64,000 nt of DNA from Azolla caroliniana (lineage: Eukaryota; Plantae; Polypodiophyta), in assembly GCA_043228905.1 (NCBI GenBank), contig JBHGNT010000001.1:20708001-20772000 (forward strand), read 5' to 3'. Under the pieces are notes generated by a model that had not been told where the DNA came from, did no database searches, and saw only the letters and a list, made by a program, of their open reading frames with translations. Positions 12,875 to 27,700 of this stretch are shown one piece after another. Made by a program: the position numbers and the translations under genes. Every line of letters starts with the position of its first letter. Position 1 is the first letter of the stretch.

Positions 12875-13873
12875 CCATGCTCGCATGAAGCACATAGAAC
12901 TGCATTATCACTTTGCACGCAAGCGGCTCCTAAGTAGTGAGGTCAAATTATGGTATATTCGGACCAATCAGTAGGTTGCCGATATTTTCACCAAGGCCCT
13001 CAAACTGGACAAGTTGCATCACTTCTCAGGGATGCTTCGACTTCAACACCTCGATGTGTCGCACTTGAGGGGAAGAGTGGCCGGAACATTAGATGAGAAG
13101 AACAATAGTTATGATGACGAGCTAGAACAAGAGCCAGCCAAAGGCAAGAGGAGAGCCGAAGAAGAAGACAAATTCGAGACAACCGATTTGGTCAAGAGGA
13201 ATGATTCGGATGAGCCGAATTATATGAGTGCCAAGCAGACTAGAATTCAATTGAAAACAACGCCAACAAGGGACTATCAATGGGTCAGAGAGCACCAAAT
13301 CACAGACGCAAGAAGAAGGCCTAAGGAGTAGACAAGCGGACCAAACATGTGGAGGAACGTGGGACCGAACGGGTTGAGGAGCGCGATCCAAGAGGCAAGC
13401 TGGCAGAAGAAGTCAAGACGAAGAACCGGTAGAGCAGAAGGAACCTCAAGTTGAGCTTGAGGGGTGGTGTTGAGAAGCAAGCTCAACATGGCCCAAATCG
13501 GTTGAAGAAGCCGAGAGCCGGATTAGCAATGAACCAGATCAGTGGTGAGCCGGATCGGCGGGGAGCTGGCAGGCTGTTAGAGGCCTACGCTCCTATTTTA
13601 GTAGATAGGAATATCATTAGGAGTTAGTGTCAAATGTTGTTCTGTGAGCATTAAAGTACTGATGGTACTTGTGGCAGCCCGTCGTCGAGGCTTGTATAAA
13701 AGTACTCACTGAGCACATTGTATGTACAAAGTGTTGATTATTTTGAAATTAAGTTTGCTAACTTCTGCTCTCTCTGTCTCTCTCTCGCTTACTGTGTATT
13801 TTCATATTCTTTGTGTTTTCTCTGTTGTCGTCCGGTTGTGTTTTGTTTTTAGCCTTCGCATGTAATCTTTACA
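12875..13873 (+). mobile_element. 3' fragment of Ty1/Copia (end of RNase H, 3' region, PPT, 3' LTR 13468-13873); same family as 2047-7753
   Basis: 'HARMKHIELHYHF...VADIFTKAL...LDVSHLRGR'; PPT CTTGAGGGGTGG followed by TGTTGAG..TTTACA, similar to the 2047 LTR. Confidence 0.87.
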
Positions 13874-14199
13874 TCTACTCACCTTGTAGTTAGGGAAAAA
13901 AGCCCATTCATGTATAAATAGGAGGTACGGAGGAGATGATGCAAAATAAGATAACTTCTTTCTTCTTGCCCTAACTATGTAAATATTTCTCTCTGTGTAT
14001 ATTATATTCTTGATTCTACACATGTTCTCACGCTTACTCTATGCTTGTTGTTCCTTAACAAGATCAAACACATATTCTGCGTAACCTCACACTGTTGACC
14101 AGCAAACTACACAACAGTAGTCAACTAGACAATACTATTGTCAACAAGGTTGTCGGCTTTGTCTCCCTCATCTTCAATTGAACAATTGATGAATAGAGA

Positions 14200-14914
14200 C
14201 GAGTTTGGAGGAGCCCAACTTCTTCTCATATATCAATTGAAGCTTCTCCCATAGGTCAAATGTAGGTGACTCTTTTGCCATGTTGAAGTAGATGTTTTCA
14301 GCCAGACGCATTCAGATGGTTGAACTCATGATATTGTCGAGCGACCGCATTCTTTGGATGTCATCATCAACAGTTTACTATTGTGCTTGATCGCCTCGAT
14401 CTGACATCCTATGATCAGCACATCCATCATCATCTCCTTGTATAGGCCAAAGTTTTTTTCATCAAACTTTCTAAGCTCGTAGCTTGTGCCAGATGTCGAG
14501 GCCATTGTTCTTCTAGAGGTTTTTGTCAGACTAATCTTTTCCTTCAATCTTCTTCCTCACCCAACTTGCTCTAATACCAATTGTTTACACCGGTATGTGC
14601 TTGGTTGCCTATTGGATGTAATTGGTTGATCTACTATAGTCAATTGTGGTGAAGTGTGTATTGGATCTTGGCATGGAGCGAGCAAGCATAGAGTAAGTGT
14701 GGGATTGTGTGTTTTGTTGATGCTACGAGTTATGTTCAATATGCATAGAGATACACATATATATAACAAAGAGAATATCTTGCATTAATCATCATCATCT
14801 TTGTACATGGAGGAATGCCTCCTATTTATACATGAGAGGACTCACTTAGCCCTAACTCGAAGGAGTGTTCACACTAGGACATACAATGGTGGGAGTAGGA
14901 CTTTTAGCCCAACA
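14200..14914 (-). mobile_element. Copia 5' remnant (probable LTR 14582-14914, degenerate PBS, gag N-terminus)
   Basis: CTCTAATACCA near 14569-14579 is a degenerate Met PBS; gag 'MASTSGTSYELRKFDEKNFGLYKEMM'. Confidence 0.65.
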
Positions 14915-14916
14915 TA

Positions 14917-16270
14917 TTGAAGCAGAATATGCTACTTTGTGTTATAGCCTTCGAATTTGTAAAGCAAGAGATATTAAAAGGTGATTCTCTTTTGGTTATC
15001 AAAGAAATTCAAGGCATGTGCAAATGTCAAAGTGATGGCTTACATACATTTTACAAGGAGGCACTTGCTTTAATTAAGTGTTTCCATAAAGTTCAAGTGA
15101 AACATGTAAGTAGTTTGGACAATAAAGAGGCAAATGCACTTGCTCAAAATCAATTAAAAATTTTGAAACTTGTGACAATATGTGTTTTGGAAGAGTGTAA
15201 AGATGTGACATCTCTTATCATGGAGGTATGTGAGTTTCTTAATGGTGTTGATTTGCCTAAAGGCTTAAATCCTATACTAAGAAAATGATTGGTGGTGAGA
15301 ACGTCTCAATATATGATGGTGGATAAGGACATATATCATATAGGCAAAGATGGTGTTTACGAAGTGTGCCTTTAAGGAGGAAATTGTGGAGATCTTACAA
15401 AAGATGCATGAGGAGGCTTGTGGAGGGCATTTTTCTCATGATATCATGTTAAGAAAATTTTGTTAATAGCTTTCACATGGCCTACTATCCGCAAAGATAT
15501 TCATGAATGGTGTTTGAGTCGTGTGATGCTTGGACCAAAAGGCGAGAAGGAGACATCTTCGAGTGGGGCCCTTTGCATGCTATTGTGGTTTTTGCTCCCT
15601 TGGAAAAATGGGGAATTGATGTTGTGGGTGCTCTTCCAAAAACCCAAAGTGGCAAAGAGTTCATGTTGGTAGCTACTAACTACATGACCAAGTGGGTGGA
15701 AGTGATGGCTATATCCTTAATTAAAAGGTCGTGGCTCAATTCATCTACCGTAATATTTGTACGAGATTTGATGTATCACTAGAAATTGTATCTAATCATG
15801 GTCCAAGTTTTCATGGTGAAATCTTGACTTCGTTATTGGAAAGTTTGAAGATCAAACATAGGTATATTATCCTCAAGTTAATGGAGCAGTCAAAAATGTA
15901 AATGCTACTTTGGTTAAAAATTGTCAAAAACTTGTAACAAATAGAATAAGAACATTGGATAAGTTCCTTGATGATGCTCTATGGGCATATCATTTATCAT
16001 ATAAGTCATCCACAGGTTTTACACCTTTCTTTTTAGTGTATGGACAAGAAGCTTTATTTCCGATTGAACTTCAAGTAACAAACAACCGACTTTTAAGAGC
16101 ATCTCTACACGATGAAAAATGTGTTGTGATGGATAAGTTGACACAAAACCATATTCTACAATATTCAAGAGAGGAAGCAATGGAACATTATATACAACAT
16201 GCATGGAGAAAGAGGAAGTATTAATATGAGAAAAAGACAAGAAAAAAGACTTTCCTGAAAGGATACTCAA
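14917..16270 (+). mobile_element. Degenerate Tat-like Ty3/Gypsy pol fragment (additional archaeal-type RNase H plus integrase)
   Basis: 'KGDSLLVIKEIQG...VKHVSSLDNKEANALA' is RNase HI-like. It is followed by the integrase zinc finger (HEEACGGHF) and core 'EKWGIDVVGALP' and 'GFTPFFLVYGQEALFPIE'. Confidence 0.8.
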
Positions 16271-17399
16271 GAAATCGATGATTGGGAACGAGAAGTGGAT
16301 TTATTCCCAAACATGTTCCCCAACAAATTCATGATCTTCCTTTGTTTGACAAAAGGGAAGATTGTAATATCATTGCCATGTTTTAAATTTTTGTTTCTGC
16401 AGGAGTGAGATTTTTTCCCACTGCTTATCAAGGGTTTTTTCTCACATACTAATTTGATATATTTTTTCTTGTATTTATACTCTTTTGTCAATGGCCTACT
16501 GTAAGGCGAAAGATCTTTTTCCCTCATCTTTTTATTTTAGGCTCACCATAAATGGTTCGCTCAACAAGCAAGGGCTAAATGTGAAGTTAGTTTTTGTTCA
16601 TAAGAAAATATTGTTGCAAATATATTGGATGCTAAGATGTCTAAGAATAAAGCACGATATGAAAGGTTCTAGTATCATAACAATCAAAGAAGGACGGAAC
16701 GTGAAGGGATAAGGCTAGGGGCGTTTTTCAAAAGTAAAAAAAAAAGTAGAAAAAAGAAAGGCATGGATATGAAGATTTAGATAGATAAAAATGCTCATAA
16801 CTTCTTCATCTGATTTCCAAATTTTTAAACAAATGACGCATAAAAATCTGACAATGAGAGCTTTCCAAAAATATCTTGTATGACAAATTTGGGATTACAA
16901 AGAAGAAATAGTGATATAAAAAAAACATCTCACATAGAATCAAGTATTTATTTATTTTTAAAGCAAGAACAATGCAACCAAAAACCTATAAATAGAACGG
17001 TATTCTTAGCCAAAAGGGGGAAGGGAAAAAGAAGAATAGAAGATGGTGGAAAGAAGGAAAGGCAATTGTCATTCACAGTCATGGAAAGAAGAGAAGTTCT
17101 TTGTAGTTGTGTTTGTATTTTGAGTCTACGAAGTTTGTGTTGTTCCCCTAATAGTATAATACATATAACATTCTTTTTCCTTCCTCTTCTCGTCTCTATC
17201 TTTTCTCTATCTCTCTTCTTCACATATCCCCTTCTTCAAGAGGTTTTTCTTTGATTTGGTGATCGTGCCAAGCTTTTTGATTTGCTTTTTCAGTCAAAGG
17301 TGCTTGAAAAGCTAATAATCAAGTCTCGGTTAGGCATTCGAGGTTCTCTAACCACAAGGGTAGGATGTCTTAGTCCCGTCATTCTTGGTCTACAATGGA

Positions 17400-18880
17400 T
17401 AGGCTAGAGACAAGGAATTCTACTGGGAAAATGACCTCTTGGTCGTAGATCAAATTCGAAAGGCATGTGTAGGGTTGCTTTCCACTTGTCCAATGCGACA
17501 TGGGTCGTACAGGAAACTTTTCCAATCTACTACCATGAACTCGCTAAGGATTTCTGTGCTTACTTCATTTAGGAAGTGAGACCCTTAGTTATTAATCAAC
17601 TCCAAAAGAAAACTAAACCACATGATGATATTTTTCTATAAGAATGTTGTGGTTGCGCGTGCATCTACGGTTTGGCATGTTTTTGCTTTGGCCCTCATTG
17701 TGGCGTAATCTCACTGTAGTGATATAGCGGTTAAGGTTTGAAGCCGGATTGATCATGCCGATAAAATCAATGCCCCATTTCTTGAAGGGTTGTCAAGCCA
17801 CTACAAGATGAAGGTGTTTGAAATCCACCTCCAATGGGTGTTTATGTCATTGACATTCATCACATATTTTTACATATTCGTATGGATCTACGAAGAGGGT
17901 GGGCCAGCAAAGACCAACAGGGAGGATTTCACGAATTGTAGTTTTGTGGTTGAAATGGCCACTGTCGACGCCACAATGCAACTATGACGTCTTTGTCAAT
18001 GACACATTGCCTGAGAATGTCATCAGTCCCTCAACAATATGAAGTGCCTATAATCGTGGTGAAAGGTCCACACTTTCATAGAAGTGCTTGGCATGTGGAC
18101 GACTTAGTTGTTTTATATAATGTCCTTTCTTTGAGTACTCCAATGATGTTTGGTGCCCAAATGGGCATGACATCAATAGTGAAGAGGGCACCATGTGGTG
18201 TTTCATCTTCGACATCTAGAGCCTCTTTACTTCTTGGTATTCATGAGAAATGGTTGGCAAGGACATGGTCTTTGCCTTTCCATACTATGACCTTGAAATC
18301 AAACTCCAGGACAATGGCAATCCATCGTGAAATTCATCCCATAGCATGGGTTTTGTTATGAGGTATAGTACGTCTTGATGGTCGACATCAAAGCAAAAGT
18401 GGCAAGCCAACAAGCCAAGGTCGTGGACTAGTTTTGGTCCACCACCTTGAGTTGATGGTTGGCAAATGTGAGAGGGAAATCAAGAGCACCTTCCCTAGGT
18501 TGGGCTAACACCACCCCTTACGGCGAAGGTGGAGGCATGTGTGTGTACTTAGAACTCTTTATCCCATTTCGGCGACCGAACGATTAGTGTCTTTGTTAGG
18601 CATTCTTTGAGTTGGTCGAATGCTTGGGTGCACTCCATGTGTATTTCTTTAATAACATGTAGAGGGGTCAAGCTTTCTCGATGAATATCTTGATGTAGAG
18701 TTGGTAGTATTCTACGTATCCCTTGAATCCTTGTAGTTGTTTTTCATTCGTGGGGTGTGGCATGTTGAGTATAAGCTTAACTTTTGCCTCATCTATAGAG
18801 ATGCCATCTTTTGATACTACACGGCCGAGGATAAGCTATGTTTGACCCAAAACTAGCACTTGAGGGGGTTAAGAGAGAGT
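17400..18880 (-). mobile_element. Heavily degenerate non-chromovirus Ty3/Gypsy pol remnant (RT end, RNase H, integrase)
   Basis: Minus-strand 'LGRVVSKDGISIDEAK' near 18780-18830 and 'QPFKKWGIDFIGMI' near 17750-17795. Confidence 0.75.
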
Positions 18881-19607
18881 TTTTTTTTCCATAAAAAATA
18901 TGCTCCATTGGTATTAAAATTAAAAATGCAGGCAGTATACAAATAGTACATAATATTTTCCCTCACCACAAGTCTATATCATCAAAGAAAGGACCAAATA
19001 TAAGCGATGTCATTTGGCAAGATAAGGCTATTAATTATAATCCATGAAAACAACTCTCAGCCTTTGCCAATAACATCTTTTATACAACAAGCTAGTATAC
19101 CACACAAAAAGGGGATAGAATCGGGGACCATACAATCAATCTCCAACATGTGAAAACAGTTAATGATACATCGAAATATCCATGTTCTATAAGCTCTATC
19201 ACCATTGCATTCCATGAGACCACGTTTGTAGTTCGAAGCTTCTGAAACACATCTTCCATTGCCCCTTATCGGGGTCTCTTAAAAACTTCATGTTGTAGAC
19301 AAAATTGGTCGAACGTGGTTCCGCATATACTAAAGCTCTTCACCTGGCTGTCCACCCTAGTTGGTAATCTAAAAACTCCAAGTTTGCCTTTGGTTGCTCT
19401 ATACTAAAGCTCTTCATCATATAACTACAAAGACTGAGAATTGATACCCCCAACAATCCTCAAATGTTGTGCACAATAACTGGAGGTGAACATATGTTTT
19501 TTATTAGTACCTATATGTGTACATAAATATACATATATTTGCAGAAAATTTGTATATAAATGACTTCGTCTAATATGGTGCAGAACCTTATAATTTTACT
19601 AATATAT

Positions 19608-20539
19608 TGTGGTGTCCCTTTGGTGCAAGTGCATGTCTTCGTGTTGTGGTGTACATGTGTTCCTTTGTGCCATCCTTTTAGCAGGCATGTAACTAAGCCA
19701 ACCCAAATGAGTACTTTATATCTACTATAAATTGAGCAAGAAGTAAGAAGCTAGGGAAGCTGGTTTTGATTTAAGCGAACGCCAAATTGGCTCACTAGTT
19801 CATGTGCTTGCCGCTACAACATCTCGAGTTGTTGCAACACCATCTGGGCTGAATTTTGATGGGAGAAGTTTTGCACGAGGAGATCATGGACGATCACCCA
19901 GTTCTCTGTCACTTCGCTTGCTTTGTTGTACATACCAGGTGGTAGCGACATTTTTTAGTAGGGTGCGAACTTTCAAGGCTTTGCGTAGTCGAACCATTGG
20001 TGGTAACTGAAGATCATTTCAAAGTGGTCTATCCAAGCTAATACATCCTCAAAGGGCATGCCGGAGAAGGACTTCCAGCAGACCTTGGCATTTGGTCGAT
20101 CTTTAGACCGTTCGAAGTTAGCGGAGAGGAAGGAGAGTATAGCGTGATTCATGTGGCTGATTTGAAGCATGGCATTCGAGAGGACTTGCAAGAGGTGCTC
20201 CATTTAGAAGGGAGGTGGTTGCTCATGAGGTTGTGGGAACTCAGGATGCATAGGGGTATCGACTTTAGAGGAGACAAGAGGGAGTTGGGACACCGTGAAC
20301 GAGGTAGTGCGCTAGCGACTATGATTTACCCCGCTTCTTCACCAATATGTGAAATGCACATAAAGAGAATCAAAATCAACCTTCCTAGCTTCTTGCTTCT
20401 TGCTCAATTTATAGTAAATACAAAGGTACCCATTTGGGTTGGCTTAGCTACATGTGTGCTAAAAGAGTGACACAAAGGAACACATGTGCAATGTGCACCA
20501 CAATATGAAGACATGCACTTGCACCAAAGGGACGCCACA
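19608..20539 (-). mobile_element. Retroelement remnant with inverted LTR-like ends and a gag fragment
   Basis: 19608-19772 is an imperfect reverse complement of about 20372-20539. On the minus strand 20539-20348 is TG..CA, followed by TATTGGTGAAGAAGC (PBS-like) and a gag-like 'SFSGMPFEDVLAWIDHFE'. Confidence 0.65.
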
Positions 20540-21763
20540 ATATAAATAGGCATCTACCATTGTGCAATTCAAATTATATATGTATTCAATTCTCATTCAT
20601 ATAACTCTGATCTATTGAAAATAAAATAACAGTGAAGGCTCTTATATTATAGATCATACAAAACGTAATCCACCAATTGGTGAGATTGATCTATTGCTCT
20701 AGCAAATGCTAGTTATAAAGAAAATATCATGAAAATTTATGGCATTCCATAACATAGAATTTTGTGCATTTCTCTATCCATAATATTCAATGGATACATT
20801 TTTCAATCACAAGCTCCTAATAAGCTAATTAACCTCCACCTAAGGGAGGACATTTCCAATAGTGGCTTTTTTGCTTCTCATACATGTTCCCAATAAATAC
20901 ATGTTTATCTAAATACTTCTCACACTAAACCAAAGTACTCTTCAGCATCTAACAATTTATACGTTTAGTTTAGGGTGTGAATGCACGAGTGAGATACTTC
21001 TTTTCGTAGGTAGTTAATTTAATATTAACAAATGCAAGTTGATTTATTGGTTCTTGACCTCCCACTTGTTAACCAAATCCTCAATGATAGCATGCCACAA
21101 GCCTCCTAACAAAAAAATTCTCCGGACACACTTAGTTCTCCCTATAACCAACTGTTGCTGTATTAAGAATTAGAACAAATTTCTTCGTAGATTATGAATG
21201 AAAATGGTAAGACATACAACTAGTTCTGGTAACCTCTAGACTTTGTGAGCTTGTCACAAATAATATGGTAAGAAGAATGGCCCGGTCCTCCAAATATTAC
21301 AACAATTCAACTTCTCCACTTGTTAATAACCATCATTACTGAAGTCATCAAAATAATGGCTGCATATAACCAAAAGTAGGAAATGGAAATAAAAGTATGT
21401 ACATATTGACCCAAAAGTCGAAGTGGTCTTTCACAAATACAAAATTTGAAATACCAACTCATATTATACAGAACGTTTAGCATGAGGGAATGCATGCCTT
21501 ATTTTCTTTTCTATTTAGTTTATCTATATAATACAAAAAAATACCAATAAATTAATGCAGAGATGGGTTTTCCCTACTAAAAGAATTAGTGCGCTCTATT
21601 AAAAGAAGACTCGCACCCTTATCTCCTATATGTGCATAAATATATATGTAGTTTTTGAGACTTCCTTTTGAGGAGAGAAATGAGCAAAAACTGGAAACCA
21701 CATTTGACGCTACTGTGAGTTGGTGTAGCAATATTGCTTTTTTGTTCAAGCTATTCATTATCT

Positions 21764-24700
21764 TCATACAGGTGTTGCCTTGTATTTGCCTCTACTTTCC
21801 GAGGTTCTTTTCACGTCCGTTTGTACATTTGGAAAGATCATTTCTTGAGGCTTTGGAGGGAGCCGAGACATCAAATTTGAATACGATGAAATTTTATTGG
21901 TTTGTACAACACTTGGTTGTTGAACTTTTCTCATCGCTAATAAGTCCTTGTGGTAAGTCTACATGCATTAAACAAATCAACAAACGATCCTGGGTTAATT
22001 TATTACACACGTACTAGAGATACTACCAAGTATCAAAATATACACATACACAGTTCCATGTACACACCTGAACCACAAAGTTCCGTCTCTCACAATCGAG
22101 AAACATACTGAAACCCCAGTCAACATTTTCTGTTAGTTTGTTGCGTACAATTGCAAAGCTGAGCTGGTCCCGTGAAGTGAACCGATCGACTTCATTGAAC
22201 CAAAGGCATGTAAACAAATTTGTTATCAGGTTGTGCTCACGTATGATAACACAGCCCTCAGGAACATCTATTTCCACAAAAAGATAACAAGAAAAAGGGT
22301 CAGATTTCCTCCTACAGTTAATAGAAACATCCTAAACCCATACATTCAGAAAAGAAAGGCACCACTTCATGATTAGCACTAAATCCCTAGAATTCCTCTG
22401 GAACATCTACCAATAAAACAAGATGAAAAGGATGAGATTTCCTAATACATGCTATTACAGTTATAAACATCCAAACTAAAAGTGACCTATTATTTCTGAC
22501 TAGGACCCGAACCATAAATGATCCCTCGAGAGCATCTACAAAGAATGATAGCAAGTTCAGAACCTTCTCAATGAACACTAAATTCCAAAAGCAAGATATT
22601 ATGTTATAACTACCTCCAAACACTAAACCCTTCATTCAAACAGCAAGCTTTTATTTAACGAGTCAAGACTAACAATTGGCAACCGTTCGGTTTGAACCGA
22701 ACCGAACCGAACCGCAAAACCACGGCTTAACAGCTTAACGGTTTTAGTGGTTTAATGGTTTAACGGTTTGGATTTTTACCTAATGGTTCAGTTGAAAACT
22801 GAAACCAAACCACAAAACCGCGATTTTAGCGGTTTAATGGTTTAAAGGTTTGGATTTTTACCTAACGGTTCAGTTTAAATGGCTTCGTGGTTCGGTTCGG
22901 TTAGGGTTTCAAAAATTTTAAACGGTTCGGTTTGGACACTCTCAAAACGTTGCCGATTGTTAGTCAAGACTGATTCCAAAACCTAACCCCTACGTTCGAA
23001 AAAAGACTAAAGTTTCAAACTCGAAAGTTTACCGCTAGGAAACGGTGATGCTGATGGATCAAAATGTTTGATTCCTTCTGTCTTGTAGAAGTCTATTTGG
23101 GCATCAATCGAAGCATTAGAGTATTTTCCAGCAGCCTTATTGGCTTCTGCTTCGGCGAAAACATCAAATCTTCTGTAGTGCTGTGAGATTGCAAATGTTC
23201 TATTCCGTCTCCAGAGAAACCTGCAACAAAAAATAGTAAAAAATTGCACGTATGTTTTTGTTTTTAGTTCTATTTTGAAGCTATTTTCTGTCCACCATTA
23301 AAACTGGCCCAAAATAGAGCTCCACTCCAATGCCTCATTCATACATAAACAAGAAAGCATCACAACTCAGGATATATAAAATTTACCATGTTGCGAGATT
23401 ATTGAGCTTTGTCACTAATATGGAACATTTTACCATTAAAAGTAATCATCATCTTTCAAAATGTCAGGACTAAAGTGCATCATGCAAGATCACCAAATTT
23501 CCTTACAAATCAAAATATATGCTAGGCTTCCAAGTTTTATGAGCAAGAGAGTTTTGAGATCAGAATATGACCTCCAGGACTAGAGTGAAACATTTGCAGT
23601 GTGAGTTGATCAACTACTGTTTGGTGTTCAAGAGTTTTACTGATGAACATTGCAATTGACAGTAGGGCATACTAGTTTGTGATACTGAAACATCTAGAAG
23701 TGAAACAAATCCAAGCATAATTTCATATGTTTAAAACTTCATAGAAAAACATTATGGCATCCATACTCGAGTACAAGGAGAATTCGTGTAAACCAATCTT
23801 ATTTTCTACTATTATTGAATGCATGAACCAACCCATTAAGTTTCCAACTCTTTTCCGAAGTGTTTTTCAATGGATAATTATGGAATTAACTCGAGCATTC
23901 AATATGTGTACCCCTCTTGAGAACAGTATACAAGTGCTATATAATATATATCTATATAAATATATGTAATGTACGTATGTGTATATATATGTATATGTAT
24001 AGATGTATAGATGTATGTATATGTATATGTATATACATATATCTAGATATACATATGTGTGCTTTTCTACATTATCACTTGTATACAGTTATTGGGAGGG
24101 CTACACATATCAATCTTACAGTCAATTCCAAAATCATTAATAGAAAGCCAAACATTCATAAGAAACATTCCAGTTAGCAATTACTGTAAAGTGATTACAG
24201 GGAAGAAAAATAATATAAAGGTAAATTCATCAAGATACCCATTGGCATCTCACTATTTTCAAGAATACCCCTGATACTCCCAAATGTACCCATTTCCATC
24301 TAGCTATTTTCAAATTTCCAAGAATACCCCTGATTTTTCAGAATCTTGAAAATACCAATTTGTAATTTCGATCTTTATTATCTCTACAATTTCAAGCAAG
24401 AGTGATGGGATTTCAGGCATTTCAAGGAAAATGAAAGATCTTTCGGCAATGTTCCCAAAAGTACCCCAGTATTTTCAAATTTCCAGATATAACCCTCATT
24501 TTTCAGAATCTTGAAAATACCAACTTATAATTTCCCTCTCTACAATCACTACAATTTAAAGAGAGGGATATTTCAGGAATTTCATGGAAAATGAGAGAAC
24601 CTTTGGGAAATCTCCCAGCACAAGGCATTGAAATCTAACAAAACTTGTCCCATCCCACCAGGTTTCACCTCCTCTTGGAATATGGACTCTCCATTATCTC

Positions 24701-27700
24701 TCTGGCTAACGGTGGCCCTTGAAAACTATATATAGGGTTGCCTTCCACGCCTCCTTTTATGATTTTGAGCTGCCACATTGGTCATGTGTCCACACATGTA
24801 TCCTGTCAGCCGAACATCCATCACAATCATGTCCGTAAGGCCTAAGCTAGATCTCCATAGCCACATTCACACATGTCTGTCTGTCACATTCACATATTCC
24901 TCCTAATAGTTCTTCTTCAGAGTTTTATAGGGATATCTTTCTTAGCTGTTCACACTGTCCAAGTGACCAAACTGCCTACTTTAATAAACTGATGTCCAGA
25001 AACCCCAAAATCCTAAATTTGCGGCTAAAACTTGCCTGAACCCTCTCTGTCTCTCTCAGCTTGCCTGCACCATAACTCTCTCATTTACACCTGGTTTACC
25101 TGGCCCCATCAGCTCCTTTGACCTATTAGTGAGAAGTATAGTTCTCTCTCACTCACCTTAATCTAATTTGTCTGGGCTCACTACCACCTTCACCTATTAG
25201 TTAGACGTAAAGTATTACTTCAACTCTTATGAATACTATCAGGAGAAATTGCAAAAAACTTTGATACACCTTTACCTAAGGCTGAACTTTAATTCTTATG
25301 AATACTACAGGAGAGATTGAAAAAAGAGAACCTTTCCAACACTTGAATAGGATCAACCACAAGCTCCAGCTTTCCATCAATCCACAAGGAGTATTTTGCA
25401 TTTGGAAAGAGCCGATGCAGTAACAACTTCGGAATCTATTTCCCAAATAAATACATGATGAGGACATGGTAGCATTGATTTCTATAACATTTCATTCTCA
25501 TAAAAAAATAACCATAACTATCCATCCCAAATTTGCAGTAAAATATGAAAAGGCACTTTCGCAAAATCTTGGTGCTCAAATGATAAGAACCTTAACAATT
25601 AAGCTAAACCTATGTAACCCAGCAAAAGTAGCATACTGGTTCTACCTCGCTGTCTCATAACTTAATCGCTGTAATTGATTTTGAAACATTTTCCCCAAAT
25701 ATTAGCCCCTTCCAAGTACAAACGTAACTGGGTAATTCCCACAATAATAAGGTGACTACCTGACTAGCAAGATTTCCAAACATATTTATACACTGAAACA
25801 TCAATTTTAAGTTTAAAAACAATCATTAAGCATACTCTCCTCTTCAATAGATCAGGGTAAGGTGTAAAATGGTTATAATGCACGTAGGGCATCTATGTTT
25901 ATCTTGAGACCATTACTATTTGATAAAAACTAATATTTTACAGCTCATTTGCACAACAAACGTGACACAACAATTTCTGGTATCAAGGACCTTTACTACT
26001 TAACCTGACAAAGTTACTGTCAAATAAAAAGTACGGCCATTGTGGACACATGTGCGCAGTTCTTATACTCCAAAATTACCTTTCCATTGCGTCTAGCATC
26101 TAAATATGGCATGTTATGTACGAGCACCACTCTCCATATTCCGTTCTCCAAAATGTTTTGGTCAGAGTTAACCGAATATAAAGATTTATGAGTTTCCTCA
26201 TCTATAAACATGAAGAAACAAACTTTTTTCCTGGACTGCGGACTGACGTTTCTTGGCTGTTGCAACAAGTCATAGTTACCTGCAACATCAACTCAGTTCT
26301 AACGGTACAAAAATAATAAAGGAAAAAAGACATGCCAAATAAACGCAGTTGCTCACCAAAAATTGCCGATGCCACAACTATCCCCCTACATTTCTCCATA
26401 TCCAGAAGATCAGGTTCATCAATATCAAAACCAGTTCCAAGTCCAGGTTTTACTCCCTTGGTAAATCTATAACAGTCCAGGTTGCACAACTAAATATTAT
26501 TAGAGTGAAAGCAGTTATTTTCAGACTCGCATAAGTGGAAAGAAAATCAATGAGCATAATGTTGCACAAACTGAATAAAGCCCCTCATTGTGAGGTTAGC
26601 ATAGATGGAAACAAAATGTGTAAACAGTGTTGCATATTTGGAACAAAAGACCATTACTGTTAAGATATAATTCGAAAGAAAATCTAAAAGAATAGAATTC
26701 TACAATCCTTGGTATAAGGCTACCATAACTAAACGCAAGCCTCTACAATATATATACAATATTGCCAAACGTAGAATGACAGGCCTTAGGGTAGGGCTGC
26801 CATAAGAGAAAAAGTGAATTTATAAAAATAACGGTGCACAATTAGAATGAGGACGCTCAGTGTAAGACTAGCATAAACAGAAAAAAAGTGAAACTAAATA
26901 GAAAGAAAAGGTAACTGGAGAAATAACCTACCCACAATAAACCTTCATATCTTCTTGCATCTCGAATGATTTGCGCCGTTCTTCCAAGGTAGGATAGCCT
27001 CCAAATTCAGAGCCCACTAGGCCTATGCCAGTGTGAGAACCAGCTACGTCGAAAACATAAGAGAGCCTTTTTATAACCGGCATTGGGAAATTATTCGTTG
27101 ATGGCATCTTCTTGATCGCATCCTCAATTGGAAGATAGCAAACAGGACAAGCTACACACAATGTACTATAACATCAACATCAGTACTATAAGCAACAGCT
27201 AGCAAATGCACTATAACGGATAATTCTACATCCCGATTTCAACTAATTCAATGGGAAGTACGCAATATAAGCAGCATCAGCACTATATGCAGTATCCCAT
27301 GCACCATAAATAACATCTGATTCAATGAATTTAACAATAAAATGGATACATCATTCCAGAAATATATGCACTGATGCACAGGACACCACATCTAGTTTGT
27401 TTACAATAAAACAGATTATTTGACACGTGGATTAATCTCATTCAAATGAAATTATGCATCACAAACATTCCAAGAATGCACAAATTTTAAGATTTTTAGA
27501 ATAAAACGGATAATTCATCATGTGGATATACCTAATTCAAATGGAATTATGCACATTATAAGACAATCCTAGAAAATGCAAAAATTAAACGATTTCGACA
27601 AGAAAATAGTGTTAATCTGATTCAAACAGAATAGCCTTTTGCGAATGCACAAATTGAATCGCTTTTCACAATAGAACAGCCAGCTCTACATGTGAGCTCC

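Noticed and set aside
24218-25278. Possible Mutator-like element in intron 6 (GGTAAA..TTTACC ends, internal direct repeat near 24300-24560)
   Set aside because: The terminal match is too short and no convincing TSD was found.
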